Part shown: positions 21,122 to 29,903 of the stretch, piece by piece | Position numbering within the stretch: position 1 is the stretch's first letter | Layout of the letters: each line of letters opens with the position of its first letter | Source: an uncultured Mucilaginibacter sp. | GTDB taxonomy: Bacteria > Bacteroidota > Bacteroidia > Sphingobacteriales > Sphingobacteriaceae | Direction of reading: 5' to 3' | NCBI GenBank assembly: GCA_964611565.1 | Contig: CAZTAU010000012.1 | Location: forward strand, 25,000-88,999 | DNA length: 64,000 bases | The notes under the pieces: model-generated | The model's input: the letters and a program-made list of their open reading frames with translations, nothing else | Databases searched by the model: none | Told to the model about the DNA's origin: nothing | Program-made: the position numbers and the translations under genes

Positions 21122-23653
21122 ATGAAAAGGATCACGTTGATTTTGCTATCAATGCTGCTATTTATGGCATTGCGTACTCATGCCCAAATTGCAGTGAGTA
21201 GATTAAAGGATGTAGCCACAAAGCTGGAAGATCTTAATAAAAAACTCCCGATAGAGAAGGCGCATTTGCATTTGGATAAACCCTATTATTCGGTTGGTGA
21301 TACCATTTGGGTAAAAGCTTATGTGGTTGACAGGAACAACCAATTCTCAACTATCAGCAATTTGCTTTATGTTGATGTGATAGATAGCAACGACTCGATA
21401 AAGGCAAGTTTAACTTTACCTATTATTGATGGCCAGGGATGGAGTGCCATCGCCCTACACGATACGCTATTTAATGCAGGCAACTATTTTATACGTGCCT
21501 ACACCACCGTTATGCGTAATTACGGTACAGATTACTTCTTTAATAGATCTTTGTCGATTGTTAATGCAATGCCCTATAAACCGGGCAAGGCTAGCGGGTC
21601 AGCTCCGATAGTAAATAATGGTCCGGTAAATAACTCCCCTCGCCAAGCCGACAATACTATAAGCGTGCAGTTTTTCCCTGAAGGCGGTAGCCTGATAGCA
21701 GGGGTTGCTACAAAGGTTGCCTTTAAAGCTATAGGTACCGATGGGCTAAGCCGCGATGTAAGCGGATATGTGATTGATAAGGATAATAACCGCCTAACAG
21801 ATTTTAAATCGGGCCATGCGGGGATGGGGGCATTCAGGCTTTTCCCCACTGCGGGCAATAGTTATAGCGCGGTTGTAAATACCAATGGTGCAGAAATTAA
21901 ATATCCATTGCCTAATGTAGCCAAGGAAGGGTACGGGTTGGCAGTAACTCAAAATAACGATAATATCCAGGTTAGGATAATCGCTATTTTACCATCAGGC
22001 AATGATCCTACGCTTAATTTGGTTGCCCAGGCCAATAACCAGGTATTATATTCAGGCAAGGCCGAAGTTAAAAACTCGGGCTTTTTAACCTATATCCCAA
22101 AAAAGTATTTCCCGGAGGGTATAACGCAGATAACGCTTTTAACTGCCGATTTGAAACCGGTGGCCGAGCGTTTAATATTTATTAAACCCGCCAACCAGGG
22201 CCTTAAAATAGACCTGGTTAATGATACTTATAATAGCAAAAGGGATAAGTCGGCATTTAAAATTAGGGTGACTGACGAGGATAATGAAGCAACTATGGGC
22301 GCTTTCTCTATGGCGGTTACTAATGAGGGCAAAGCGCCTTTTGATGAGGATGATGAGGTAACCATATTTTCAAACCTGTTGCTTACCGCAGATTTAAAAG
22401 GATATATAGAAAAGCCCAATTATTATTTTACAGAGCCGTCCGCAACTAAGCAGATTGAACTAGATAACTTAATGTTAACCCAAGGCTGGCGCAGGTTTGT
22501 TTGGGACGACCTGTTGCAGGATAAAATAATTACCGCTACCTATAAGCCGGAAACAGGCGACTTAAGTGGCGTTGTATTAAATGAGGATAAAAAACCTGTA
22601 GCGGGCGCTCATGTAAACCTATTGTTTACAACCGGCCATAAGATGGCGTTAGATACGGTAGCCGATAAGGACGGCCGCTTTATATTTAATGGGGTGTGGC
22701 CCGATAGAGAGGATAAGTATATAGTAACCGCAACAGATAAGCGTCAAAAAGCAACTTATACTGTGGAGCTGGATAAACAGCCGATGCTAATACCGCTGGT
22801 AGCAAAGCAACCTTTTACTATCCCATCAGCAGCGCAATTGGCAGTTTACCAAAAAGCCGCTAAACAAGATTTTGAAGAGTTAGAAAGCAGAGGATTGTTA
22901 GGCAACCGGGTTATGCTAAAAGAAGTAAAAGTAGTTGAGAAGAAAAATACACCATCCCTAATGGATGTGGCTCTGCAGGGATCGATGAATCTGGCTGGAA
23001 AAGGAAAAGCCAACACGGTGGTAACCTTTAAAGATCTGCGACGGTGCGTGAGTGCTACTGATTTGGGTTCCTGTTTGTTATCTATAGGTAAACTTATCAA
23101 TATAGAATATAGAACTAACAAGGAAGATCGTTTTGTAAGCTCGTTTTATTCACGAGGAAACATAAATGCCGTGGGGGGTAAAGGGCAACCAATGGCTATT
23201 ATACAAGATGGAATACCGGTTGATAATTTTTTTGGTTCAATAAATGATATAGCGAGTGTTGAGATATTAAGATCAGGTGGGTACACCGCTATATATGGTT
23301 CCAGGGGTGCGGGTGGTGTTATAGTTATTACTACAAAAAGGGGTGGAGTTGATTATGGTGCTTATGAAAATGATGAATATGGTAATTTGGTAAAAAGAGC
23401 ATTGCCGCCATTAAGTAATGTATCATTTGCCCCGCGCAGGGAGTTTTATGTACCACCTTATAATCCCGAAGTAAATAATGCAAGGCCACAGCAAGCCACT
23501 GTTTACTGGGCACCAAATATTATTACCGATGAAAAAGGGACTGCTACTGTGGAGTTCCCGAAAGAACAAGCACCCGGCAGGTATAAAGTAGTGGTTGAGG
23601 GTATTGATGAAAATGGTAGTTTGGGAAGAAAGGTTTATACATATGATTATTAA
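21122..23653 (+). CDS. MG2-like / carboxypeptidase-regulatory / TonB-plug domain protein without a beta-barrel
   Basis: EKAHLHLDKPYY..GDTIW, FFPEGG, LDNLMLTQGWRRF, plug motif YGSRGAGGVIVITTKRG, YWAPNIITDEKG. Confidence 0.8.
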   Translation: MKRITLILLSMLLFMALRTHAQIAVSRLKDVATKLEDLNKKLPIEKAHLHLDKPYYSVGDTIWVKAYVVDRNNQFSTISNLLYVDVIDSNDSIKASLTLPIIDGQGWSAIALHDTLFNAGNYFIRAYTTVMRNYGTDYFFNRSLSIVNAMPYKPGKASGSAPIVNNGPVNNSPRQADNTISVQFFPEGGSLIAGVATKVAFKAIGTDGLSRDVSGYVIDKDNNRLTDFKSGHAGMGAFRLFPTAGNSYSAVVNTNGAEIKYPLPNVAKEGYGLAVTQNNDNIQVRIIAILPSGNDPTLNLVAQANNQVLYSGKAEVKNSGFLTYIPKKYFPEGITQITLLTADLKPVAERLIFIKPANQGLKIDLVNDTYNSKRDKSAFKIRVTDEDNEATMGAFSMAVTNEGKAPFDEDDEVTIFSNLLLTADLKGYIEKPNYYFTEPSATKQIELDNLMLTQGWRRFVWDDLLQDKIITATYKPETGDLSGVVLNEDKKPVAGAHVNLLFTTGHKMALDTVADKDGRFIFNGVWPDREDKYIVTATDKRQKATYTVELDKQPMLIPLVAKQPFTIPSAAQLAVYQKAAKQDFEELESRGLLGNRVMLKEVKVVEKKNTPSLMDVALQGSMNLAGKGKANTVVTFKDLRRCVSATDLGSCLLSIGKLINIEYRTNKEDRFVSSFYSRGNINAVGGKGQPMAIIQDGIPVDNFFGSINDIASVEILRSGGYTAIYGSRGAGGVIVITTKRGGVDYGAYENDEYGNLVKRALPPLSNVSFAPRREFYVPPYNPEVNNARPQQATVYWAPNIITDEKGTATVEFPKEQAPGRYKVVVEGIDENGSLGRKVYTYDY

Positions 23654-23685
23654 TTAGTAAAATACATTGCAGTTTTTTCCCTAAT

Positions 23686-23720
23686 AAAAAAGCCTTGATT
23701 CGCAAGATCAAGGCTTTTTA
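23686..23720. terminator. Bidirectional intrinsic terminator
   Basis: AAAAAGCCTTGAT...ATCAAGGCTTTTT between convergent genes. Confidence 0.85.
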
Positions 23721-23738
23721 GTATTTAATCGAAATCAA

Positions 23739-24626
23739 TTATTTCAAATTCTCTTTAAAAAAATCAACCGTGCGTTTCCAGGCCAGTTCGGCTGCGGTTT
23801 TATCGTAACGTGGCGTGGTATCATTATGGAAACCGTGGTTGGCACCTTCATATACAAATGCCTGGTATTTTTTACCGTTCTCTTTTAAGGCTGCTTCGTA
23901 AGCTGGAGCACCACCCATTATACGGGTATCTAATGAGGCATTATGTATCATTAAAGGGGCTTTTATTTTAGGCACATCCGCAGCGGTGGGCTGGCTGCCG
24001 TAAAAAGGTACAGCCGCTGACAGGTCAGGCAAACGTACGGCAAGCGTATTAGCTATTCCTCCGCCATAACAAAAGCCAACTACACCAACCTTGCCATTAC
24101 AATCTTTATGGTTTTTAAGGTACTCGTAAGCGGCTATAAAATCTTCCTCCATTTCTTTAGGGTTGCGTTTGCTTTGCATGGTACGACCCTCATCATCATT
24201 GCCGGGATAACCACCAAGCGGTGTTAAAGCATCGGGTGCCAATGAAATAAAACCCGCCAATGCCGCACGACGGCCTACATCTTCTATATAAGGATTTAGC
24301 CCGCGGTTTTCATGTACTACAATAATACCGCCCAGTTTACCTTTGGCATCTATAGGTCTTGACAGTAAACCTTTAATACTGCCACCTCCTTTAGGCGATG
24401 GATAATTGATATACCCCGACTGCAAACGCGGGTCATCAGCTTTTACTTGTATCTTCTCTTTATAATCGGGCATTAAAAAGCTCATTAACGAGGTTACCGT
24501 TAAGCCTCCAACCGCGTAAAGTGATAGTTTTTGTACAAAATCGCGCCTGTCTAATCGGTTATGGGCATAATCATCATACAGGTCAAAAACTTCCTGTTTA
24601 ATATCTTCTTTTTTTATCTGGCTCAT
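23739..24626 (-). CDS. Dienelactone hydrolase family protein (YghX-like)
   Basis: [36 protein letters not shown] and [12 protein letters not shown] motifs; ATG 24626 lies downstream of TATATTTG. Confidence 0.9.
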   Translation of the reverse strand: MSQIKKEDIKQEVFDLYDDYAHNRLDRRDFVQKLSLYAVGGLTVTSLMSFLMPDYKEKIQVKADDPRLQSGYINYPSPKGGGSIKGLLSRPIDAKGKLGGIIVVHENRGLNPYIEDVGRRAALAGFISLAPDALTPLGGYPGNDDEGRTMQSKRNPKEMEEDFIAAYEYLKNHKDCNGKVGVVGFCYGGGIANTLAVRLPDLSAAVPFYGSQPTAADVPKIKAPLMIHNASLDTRIMGGAPAYEAALKENGKKYQAFVYEGANHGFHNDTTPRYDKTAAELAWKRTVDFFKENLK

Positions 24627-24744
24627 AATAAAGGGTTTTATCAAATATAATAATTATGCCCTACAAATGCAGGCACTCTTGCACTATGGAAATAAAAGAT
24701 TAAGCCGGAGTGAAAATCGAAAGCCGGTAAGGTTAAAATTAAAA

Positions 24745-25650
24745 CTAATTTGATTTAACGGTCATGTCCGGGTCTATTGGCGTGGGTCCGCGACCCTTAA
24801 CGGGCCGCAAGGATACCTCTTCGGACAAACTGATACTGCGGTTGGTAACATATACCAATGAGTTCATAACCTGGTAACCATTAGATATGCTTTGTACCAG
24901 GCGTTGTACTATCATGCCCGAATAATTATCTACTACATAAGTCCCGGTAGTATTGCTATTCATATAGGTGCCGGTAAGTTTGCTTTGAAACTTTATTACG
25001 GTATGGTCAAAGGTAGCATCATCTATCCAAAACCTGGTTATCATTTGCTGCTGATCGGTTTTTACTGTATCAAGCCAGGTGTAGCCGGGTTTAACGAGTT
25101 CGGTTACGGTAAAATTTGGCGTTAAATTAAATTGGGTTCCTTTGGTAAAAGGTTCAGACTGTATGCCTGCAAAAACTATCAAACTATCGTTAATGGTTTG
25201 TAAAGCCGATTCATCAGATGATACAATTTTGCCATTTTTATTAACAGAAACTGTTACCGCTTTGTTCAACATTGAATTGAGCGATTTCTGTATCTTGGAG
25301 GTAGTATCAACACCTTTTTCTGAATCATAATGTAATAACTGCCCAAGCGCACTTATTATATTGTCCATTTTTTTAATGGTGACATCAAATTTTGCAGCAG
25401 TATCTACACCTGTTACTTTATATAACCGGGTAATATTTGAGGACGAGCTTACTGTAAGCCGTTGATTACCCCGTTGAATGTTGGCGGTTGATTTTAAAAT
25501 ACTTTGTTTTTCAAACTCATCACCCTTGTTAAACCTGAATTCACGTTTTACAGCCTGTGCGTTGCATACATAGCCACCCAAAAGAATAAACATAGTAAAT
25601 ACTATGGATCTTTTAATAAGAATAAACCCTTGTTGATTTATGGAGTTCAT
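24745..25650 (-). CDS. Secreted beta-sheet protein (DUF6263-like)
   Basis: Signal peptide; F.KGD, YDSEK and VKPGYTWLDT resemble DUF6263 as recalled. Confidence 0.6.
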   Translation of the reverse strand: MNSINQQGFILIKRSIVFTMFILLGGYVCNAQAVKREFRFNKGDEFEKQSILKSTANIQRGNQRLTVSSSSNITRLYKVTGVDTAAKFDVTIKKMDNIISALGQLLHYDSEKGVDTTSKIQKSLNSMLNKAVTVSVNKNGKIVSSDESALQTINDSLIVFAGIQSEPFTKGTQFNLTPNFTVTELVKPGYTWLDTVKTDQQQMITRFWIDDATFDHTVIKFQSKLTGTYMNSNTTGTYVVDNYSGMIVQRLVQSISNGYQVMNSLVYVTNRSISLSEEVSLRPVKGRGPTPIDPDMTVKSN

Positions 25651-25673
25651 TTTGGGTGGTTATAGATGGTTAA

Positions 25674-26207
25674 TTATAAATTTAATTGTAATTCCGGTAT
25701 AGGAGGCAGCGGCGGCACAGGCGGTAGTGTTGGTATTGGTTGCGTAACGTTTATAGCATTTACGGTGGGCGCTGCTGCAGTAACGCCGCCAGGTGCAGTA
25801 GCTGTTGTATTGTTTGCAGCTGTCGGGGCAGCTACAGGTGCCGCGGCTTCTGCTACAGTATTTCCCGCTGTTGTTGCATTTGTAGCCGCCGGAGCCGCAG
25901 CAGGTGCAGTTGCCGGAGCCGCCACAGTGTTGTTGGTGGCTATTACTTGTGGCGGTACAGCTGGCATCGCCGGTATGTCCAGCGTTGTTGGTAATAAGCT
26001 GGTGTTGGCTACCGTAGTAACAGGCGATATAGTAACTTCAGGCGCAGCAACCGCTGGTGCTATTGTGGCTATTGTTGGCGCAGGCGGAATAGTCGGTACT
26101 TGCGGCGGTACGTGAAAATCCGAATTATTATTTACGCCCTGCGCAACCACCGGTTTAACAGTAAATACTGCTATGCCCAATAATAATATATAAATTAATT
26201 TCTTCAT
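25674..26207 (-). CDS. Secreted low-complexity Ala/Pro/Thr/Val-rich protein
   Basis: Sec signal MKKLIYILLLGIAVFTVKPVVA; ATGA overlap with the upstream gene. Confidence 0.8.
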   Translation of the reverse strand: MKKLIYILLLGIAVFTVKPVVAQGVNNNSDFHVPPQVPTIPPAPTIATIAPAVAAPEVTISPVTTVANTSLLPTTLDIPAMPAVPPQVIATNNTVAAPATAPAAAPAATNATTAGNTVAEAAAPVAAPTAANNTTATAPGGVTAAAPTVNAINVTQPIPTLPPVPPLPPIPELQLNL

Positions 26208-27064
26208 ATCCTTCTGGTTAAAGCAAGTGGGTATCCCATTGAAAACATCATCGATGGCTTATCAGACGAAAATCTTGTCAAGTCTGAAACACCTATTCCT
26301 ATTGAAAAAGGGCTGTTTTTTAAAGGTCGCAGCCCGGTTGAAAATCCTAAATTTAACCCGGTCCATTCGGCAATAACATTAACACGTTTAAATAACTCGT
26401 ATGATATATTACCGAATACACCTGTACCGCGCGATCCTCTGCCGGCGGCAATATCATACGGGCTTTTTTGTATAAAACGGCCATTGCCAAAACCAATAGT
26501 GTAAGTAAGGGCTGAATAACCTTGAGTTTTTGAGCGTACAGTTTGAACGGCATGACTGATAGCCGCATAATAGGTGCCTCCCGGCGCATCCGATTGTACA
26601 GCATGTGCAAATATCTGCAGTGCTCCTACTGACATACTTGTACCCGTAAATATTTTTTTACTTATAATAAAGTTAGCTGATATATCACTTAAACTGGTTA
26701 CTTTGGTAATATTGGTGCTCGCAGCAAAATTAAATAGCTTTTCAGAATTACCTACGCAAAAACCAACCGAACTTACCATGTCGCCTCGATTGGTATATAC
26801 AGCAGGATATACCCCGCCTATACCACCAAATACATAGGTGCCAAATCCGCCAAATCCTGTAGGTGTCATTACACTTTTCATTGCATCATTGGGTGATAAT
26901 TCATTTGTTAAATTTGATGGTTTGGCTTTAGCCAGCGAGTCCAATTTTTTTTCTAATAAATATTCAAAAGCATTTTGGCCAAAACTTACTTTGCTGCAAA
27001 GCATTAAAATAATAATACCAGAGAATATTATATTATATGTCTGTTTTGGGGTCACATTAATCAA
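26204..27064 (-). CDS. Hypothetical outer-membrane protein (small barrel, YjbH-like)
   Basis: Signal peptide; TIGFGNGRF and VFGNISY...VIAEWTG amphipathic strands. Confidence 0.6.
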   Translation of the reverse strand: MINVTPKQTYNIIFSGIIILMLCSKVSFGQNAFEYLLEKKLDSLAKAKPSNLTNELSPNDAMKSVMTPTGFGGFGTYVFGGIGGVYPAVYTNRGDMVSSVGFCVGNSEKLFNFAASTNITKVTSLSDISANFIISKKIFTGTSMSVGALQIFAHAVQSDAPGGTYYAAISHAVQTVRSKTQGYSALTYTIGFGNGRFIQKSPYDIAAGRGSRGTGVFGNISYELFKRVNVIAEWTGLNLGFSTGLRPLKNSPFSIGIGVSDLTRFSSDKPSMMFSMGYPLALTRRI

Positions 27065-27249
27065 TTAGAGTCCTTATCTACGTATAATGCCTATACAAAG
27101 TTTGCCTATGTTATGCAATATGCCAAACAAATATAAGCATATATTTACATGTAAACCAATATTTTAGCTGTATTCTTGATGCCGTTAAACAATTTTATAG
27201 GATAATCATTTATTATAATAATACATTATTAACCAATTATAATAGGGAT

Positions 27250-27612
27250 ATGAACACTCAACAAATAGCCACCAGGCTTGTGCAGCTTTGCCGCGAAAAC
27301 AAAAATATTGATGCAGTTAATAAACTTTACAGCGATGATATCATAAGTAAAGAGCCGAAAGGAAGCCCCGTGAGATCACGGGGGAAGAGAGGTGTAACAG
27401 CCAAGAACGAGGAATGGGTTAATTCGCTACAAGAAATACATAGCGAAGAAATATCCGAACCACTTGTAGCCGGTAACTTTTTTAGTGTCAGTATGTATTT
27501 TGATGCCACTTATAATGAACATGGCCGCACGGCATTTACCGAACTGTGCGTATATGAAGTAAAAGACGGTAAAATTATTGCCGAAGAGTTTTTTTATAAT
27601 TTGCCGGGCTAA
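27250..27612 (+). CDS. SnoaL-like / NTF2 family protein
   Basis: IATRLVQLCRE...LYSDDIISKEP...ELCVYEVKDGKIIAEEFFY. Confidence 0.85.
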   Translation: MNTQQIATRLVQLCRENKNIDAVNKLYSDDIISKEPKGSPVRSRGKRGVTAKNEEWVNSLQEIHSEEISEPLVAGNFFSVSMYFDATYNEHGRTAFTELCVYEVKDGKIIAEEFFYNLPG

Positions 27613-27614
27613 TG

Positions 27615-28388
27615 TCAATTTAACTGGTGATCTGCAAAATACGTCATCGCTGCTTTAATGAATGCCGCAAACTCCGGGTCATGTCTATCGCCCGCTAAAA
27701 TAAAGCGCTCGTCAGTTAAATATAAATTTCCTAACCCTTTATAGGCTTCGGCTTGTTTGTCAGTAGCTCCGTCCGTCCCCCATAATTTGCGGGTGTTGGT
27801 ATAATGCTGTGCTATTAATTCTTGTACCTGTGCAGACGTTGGCTCCATAGCCTTCAATTGGTAAAGCGATGCGCCAAGTTCCCTTTGCCTGGCAACCAAT
27901 GCTTTTAATTCCTCTTTGTTAAGTTTTTTAAGATAGTTTTCTGACCGCTCTACTACCTCGGCTCCATAGGTGTCAATGGCCTCTTTGCGGTAGGCTGCAG
28001 CCTGTTGCGGCGACAATCCATCATATAATTCATCAGCGTTCATCATGGTTTTGTTTTTTAAGTTTTGTAATGTGTTGTCTATAGTTTTTAATAAAGTATT
28101 GATTCGGTTTTTTTTTGCGCCCAGTGCTTTTTTGTGGCCTTCCAAAGCTTTGGCAATATCAAAATCGGGTTCATCCAATATTTGTGCAATGTCTTTTAAG
28201 GCGAAGTCAAGCTCTTTATAAAAAAGTATTTGTTGTAACCGAAGTAATTCGGTTTCGCTATATAGGCGGTAACCTGCACGGGTTCGCACTGCCGGGCGCA
28301 GCAGTTTCATCTTGTCGTATAGGTGTAATGTCCGTACACTTATACCCGCCAATTTTGCCAGGTGTTTAACACTATAATTTTTGTTCAT
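27615..28388 (-). CDS. MerR family regulator with TipAS domain (TipA/Mta-like)
   Basis: SVRTLHLYD..LL.P..R..GYRLY, LQQILFYKELDF; internal MM suggests a TipAS-type short form; YKGLGNLYLTDERF. Confidence 0.92.
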   Translation of the reverse strand: MNKNYSVKHLAKLAGISVRTLHLYDKMKLLRPAVRTRAGYRLYSETELLRLQQILFYKELDFALKDIAQILDEPDFDIAKALEGHKKALGAKKNRINTLLKTIDNTLQNLKNKTMMNADELYDGLSPQQAAAYRKEAIDTYGAEVVERSENYLKKLNKEELKALVARQRELGASLYQLKAMEPTSAQVQELIAQHYTNTRKLWGTDGATDKQAEAYKGLGNLYLTDERFILAGDRHDPEFAAFIKAAMTYFADHQLN

Positions 28389-28392
28389 GATG

Positions 28393-28426
28393 CAAAGCTA
28401 AGCTATGACGCAAGGTAAGAGTCAAG
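28393..28426 (-). promoter_or_regulatory. MerR-type autoregulated promoter/operator
   Basis: CTTG-N22(ACTCTTACCTTGCGTCATAGCT)-TAGCTTTG-CATC-ATG. Confidence 0.65.
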
Positions 28427-28453
28427 AACTTTTTTCACTTTTTTTCAAAAAGA

Positions 28454-28488
28454 AAAAGCCTGCAAGTTTTTTATACTTGCAGGCTTTT
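28454..28488. terminator. Intrinsic terminator downstream of the cobA operon
   Basis: AAAAGCCTGCAAGT...ACTTGCAGGCTTTT. Confidence 0.85.
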
Positions 28489-28509
28489 AAGCCTATGTTA
28501 TAAATATTA

Positions 28510-28857
28510 TTACTTCGCCAGCGGATTTGGGTAATTGTCGCTCTGATCTTCCTCAACATTATCTAAACATTTAAAATCTTTCTCAACCAGCAGGAAAAAA
28601 TCAGCAGTTCGGTTTTCAAAGCCTACACGCTCGGTATCGGCCCACTCCTTAACCATTGCTATAGGCATTAGCACGGTTATCTTGTTATTTTTAAAGCTTG
28701 ATGTTAATGTGTCGGTATCGCTACTTTGTATAGCATATATTAAGGTGTTGCCGCCAAAATTGGTTTGCTCTTCCAGGTAACCGTTTTTGGTAAATGTATC
28801 CACATCCGTACGGGTTAACCTGTAACGCAACGAGTTTCCTTTTATCCTGATCTTCAT
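28510..28857 (-). CDS. Conserved hypothetical protein (DUF7009-like)
   Basis: MKIRIKGNSLRYRLT...LLVEKDFKCLD...DNYPNP. Confidence 0.75.
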   Translation of the reverse strand: MKIRIKGNSLRYRLTRTDVDTFTKNGYLEEQTNFGGNTLIYAIQSSDTDTLTSSFKNNKITVLMPIAMVKEWADTERVGFENRTADFFLLVEKDFKCLDNVEEDQSDNYPNPLAK

Positions 28858-28865
28858 ATATTCTA

Positions 28866-29603
28866 TTATATATTATTATATAAGTCAACAACCGGACCTA
28901 TAATAATAATAGCCGGGTGGGTTAATTGTTTACTTTGGGCCATTTGAGCCAAGTTTTTCACTAATCCTTTTACTACTTTTTGTTTGGGTAATGAGGCATG
29001 CTGAATAATTGCTGCGGGCATATCGCCGTTCCCTGCTTCTATATAAGTAGCCGCTATCGAGTCAAGCTGTTTCATGCCCATATATATAACTACGGTAGAG
29101 TTGCTTTGCATGGCCAGCCGCAAATCGCCTGATAATGTACCATCCTTTTTAGTGCCGGTAACTACCCATATGCCCTCGCTTACCGAGCGGTGTGTTAATG
29201 GTATATCTTCCAGCCCCACCGCCTGCATGCTTGATATGCCTGGAATAAAGTGTGTTTTAATGCCATTTTCACGGGCAAATAATATTTCTTCAAATCCGCG
29301 CCCAAAAATAAAAGGGTCGCCGCCTTTAAGGCGCACTACCGTGCCTTTAGTAAAAGCAAAGTGTTTTATAAGTTCCAGTATCTTTTCCTGCGATGTATAT
29401 TCCCCATAAGGCTGTTTGCCCACGTAAATTTGATCACATTCGGGTTTTGCAAGGCTTAATAACTCCTTATTTGCCAAATTATCATACAAAATCACATCCG
29501 CGGCTTGTAAAACCTTATAAGCCTTCACGGTTATTAGCTCAGGATCCCCTGGGCCGGCACCAATTACATACAATTCTGGAAAAATTGCTTCTTTTTTTGT
29601 CAT
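28866..29603 (-). CDS. cobA: Uroporphyrinogen-III C-methyltransferase (siroheme synthesis)
   Basis: GAGPGDPELITVKA and VVRLKGGDPFIFGRGFEE; divergent from nirB. Confidence 0.95.
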   Translation of the reverse strand: MTKKEAIFPELYVIGAGPGDPELITVKAYKVLQAADVILYDNLANKELLSLAKPECDQIYVGKQPYGEYTSQEKILELIKHFAFTKGTVVRLKGGDPFIFGRGFEEILFARENGIKTHFIPGISSMQAVGLEDIPLTHRSVSEGIWVVTGTKKDGTLSGDLRLAMQSNSTVVIYMGMKQLDSIAATYIEAGNGDMPAAIIQHASLPKQKVVKGLVKNLAQMAQSKQLTHPAIIIIGPVVDLYNNI

Positions 29604-29903
29604 TATATCTTATAAATATTAAAAATAGACCAATATTTTGTTCAATTAGTCAATTTTGTGAGTTTTAAATTTAATAATTGCATAATTTTTTAATTAATAT
29701 CATGCATTTAATTAAAATAATGTTCAAAAATACTCATAATTATATCCAATTTAATAAAAATTGCCACTTTTTGTTAAAAAATTGCTCAAAAAATTGCGAC
29801 AAATTGATTTTATCCTTAATATTGTTAAAGTAAATGTAACCATGGCGCAATTAGGTAGCATTTTACTTGTACAAATAGGCTTTAACACTTAAAAATTACA
29901 AAT

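Noticed and set aside
25666-26115. Gly/Ala/Val-rich + strand ORFs
   Set aside because: Mirror of the low-complexity minus-strand gene, which has a signal peptide and operon coupling.
29731-29737. TACTCAT as a NarL heptamer
   Set aside because: Single unpaired heptamer in AT-rich DNA, and no NarL-type gene in the window.
29843-29860. TGGCGC...GC as a sigma-54 promoter for nirB
   Set aside because: GG-to-GC spacing is 12 nt rather than the required 10.
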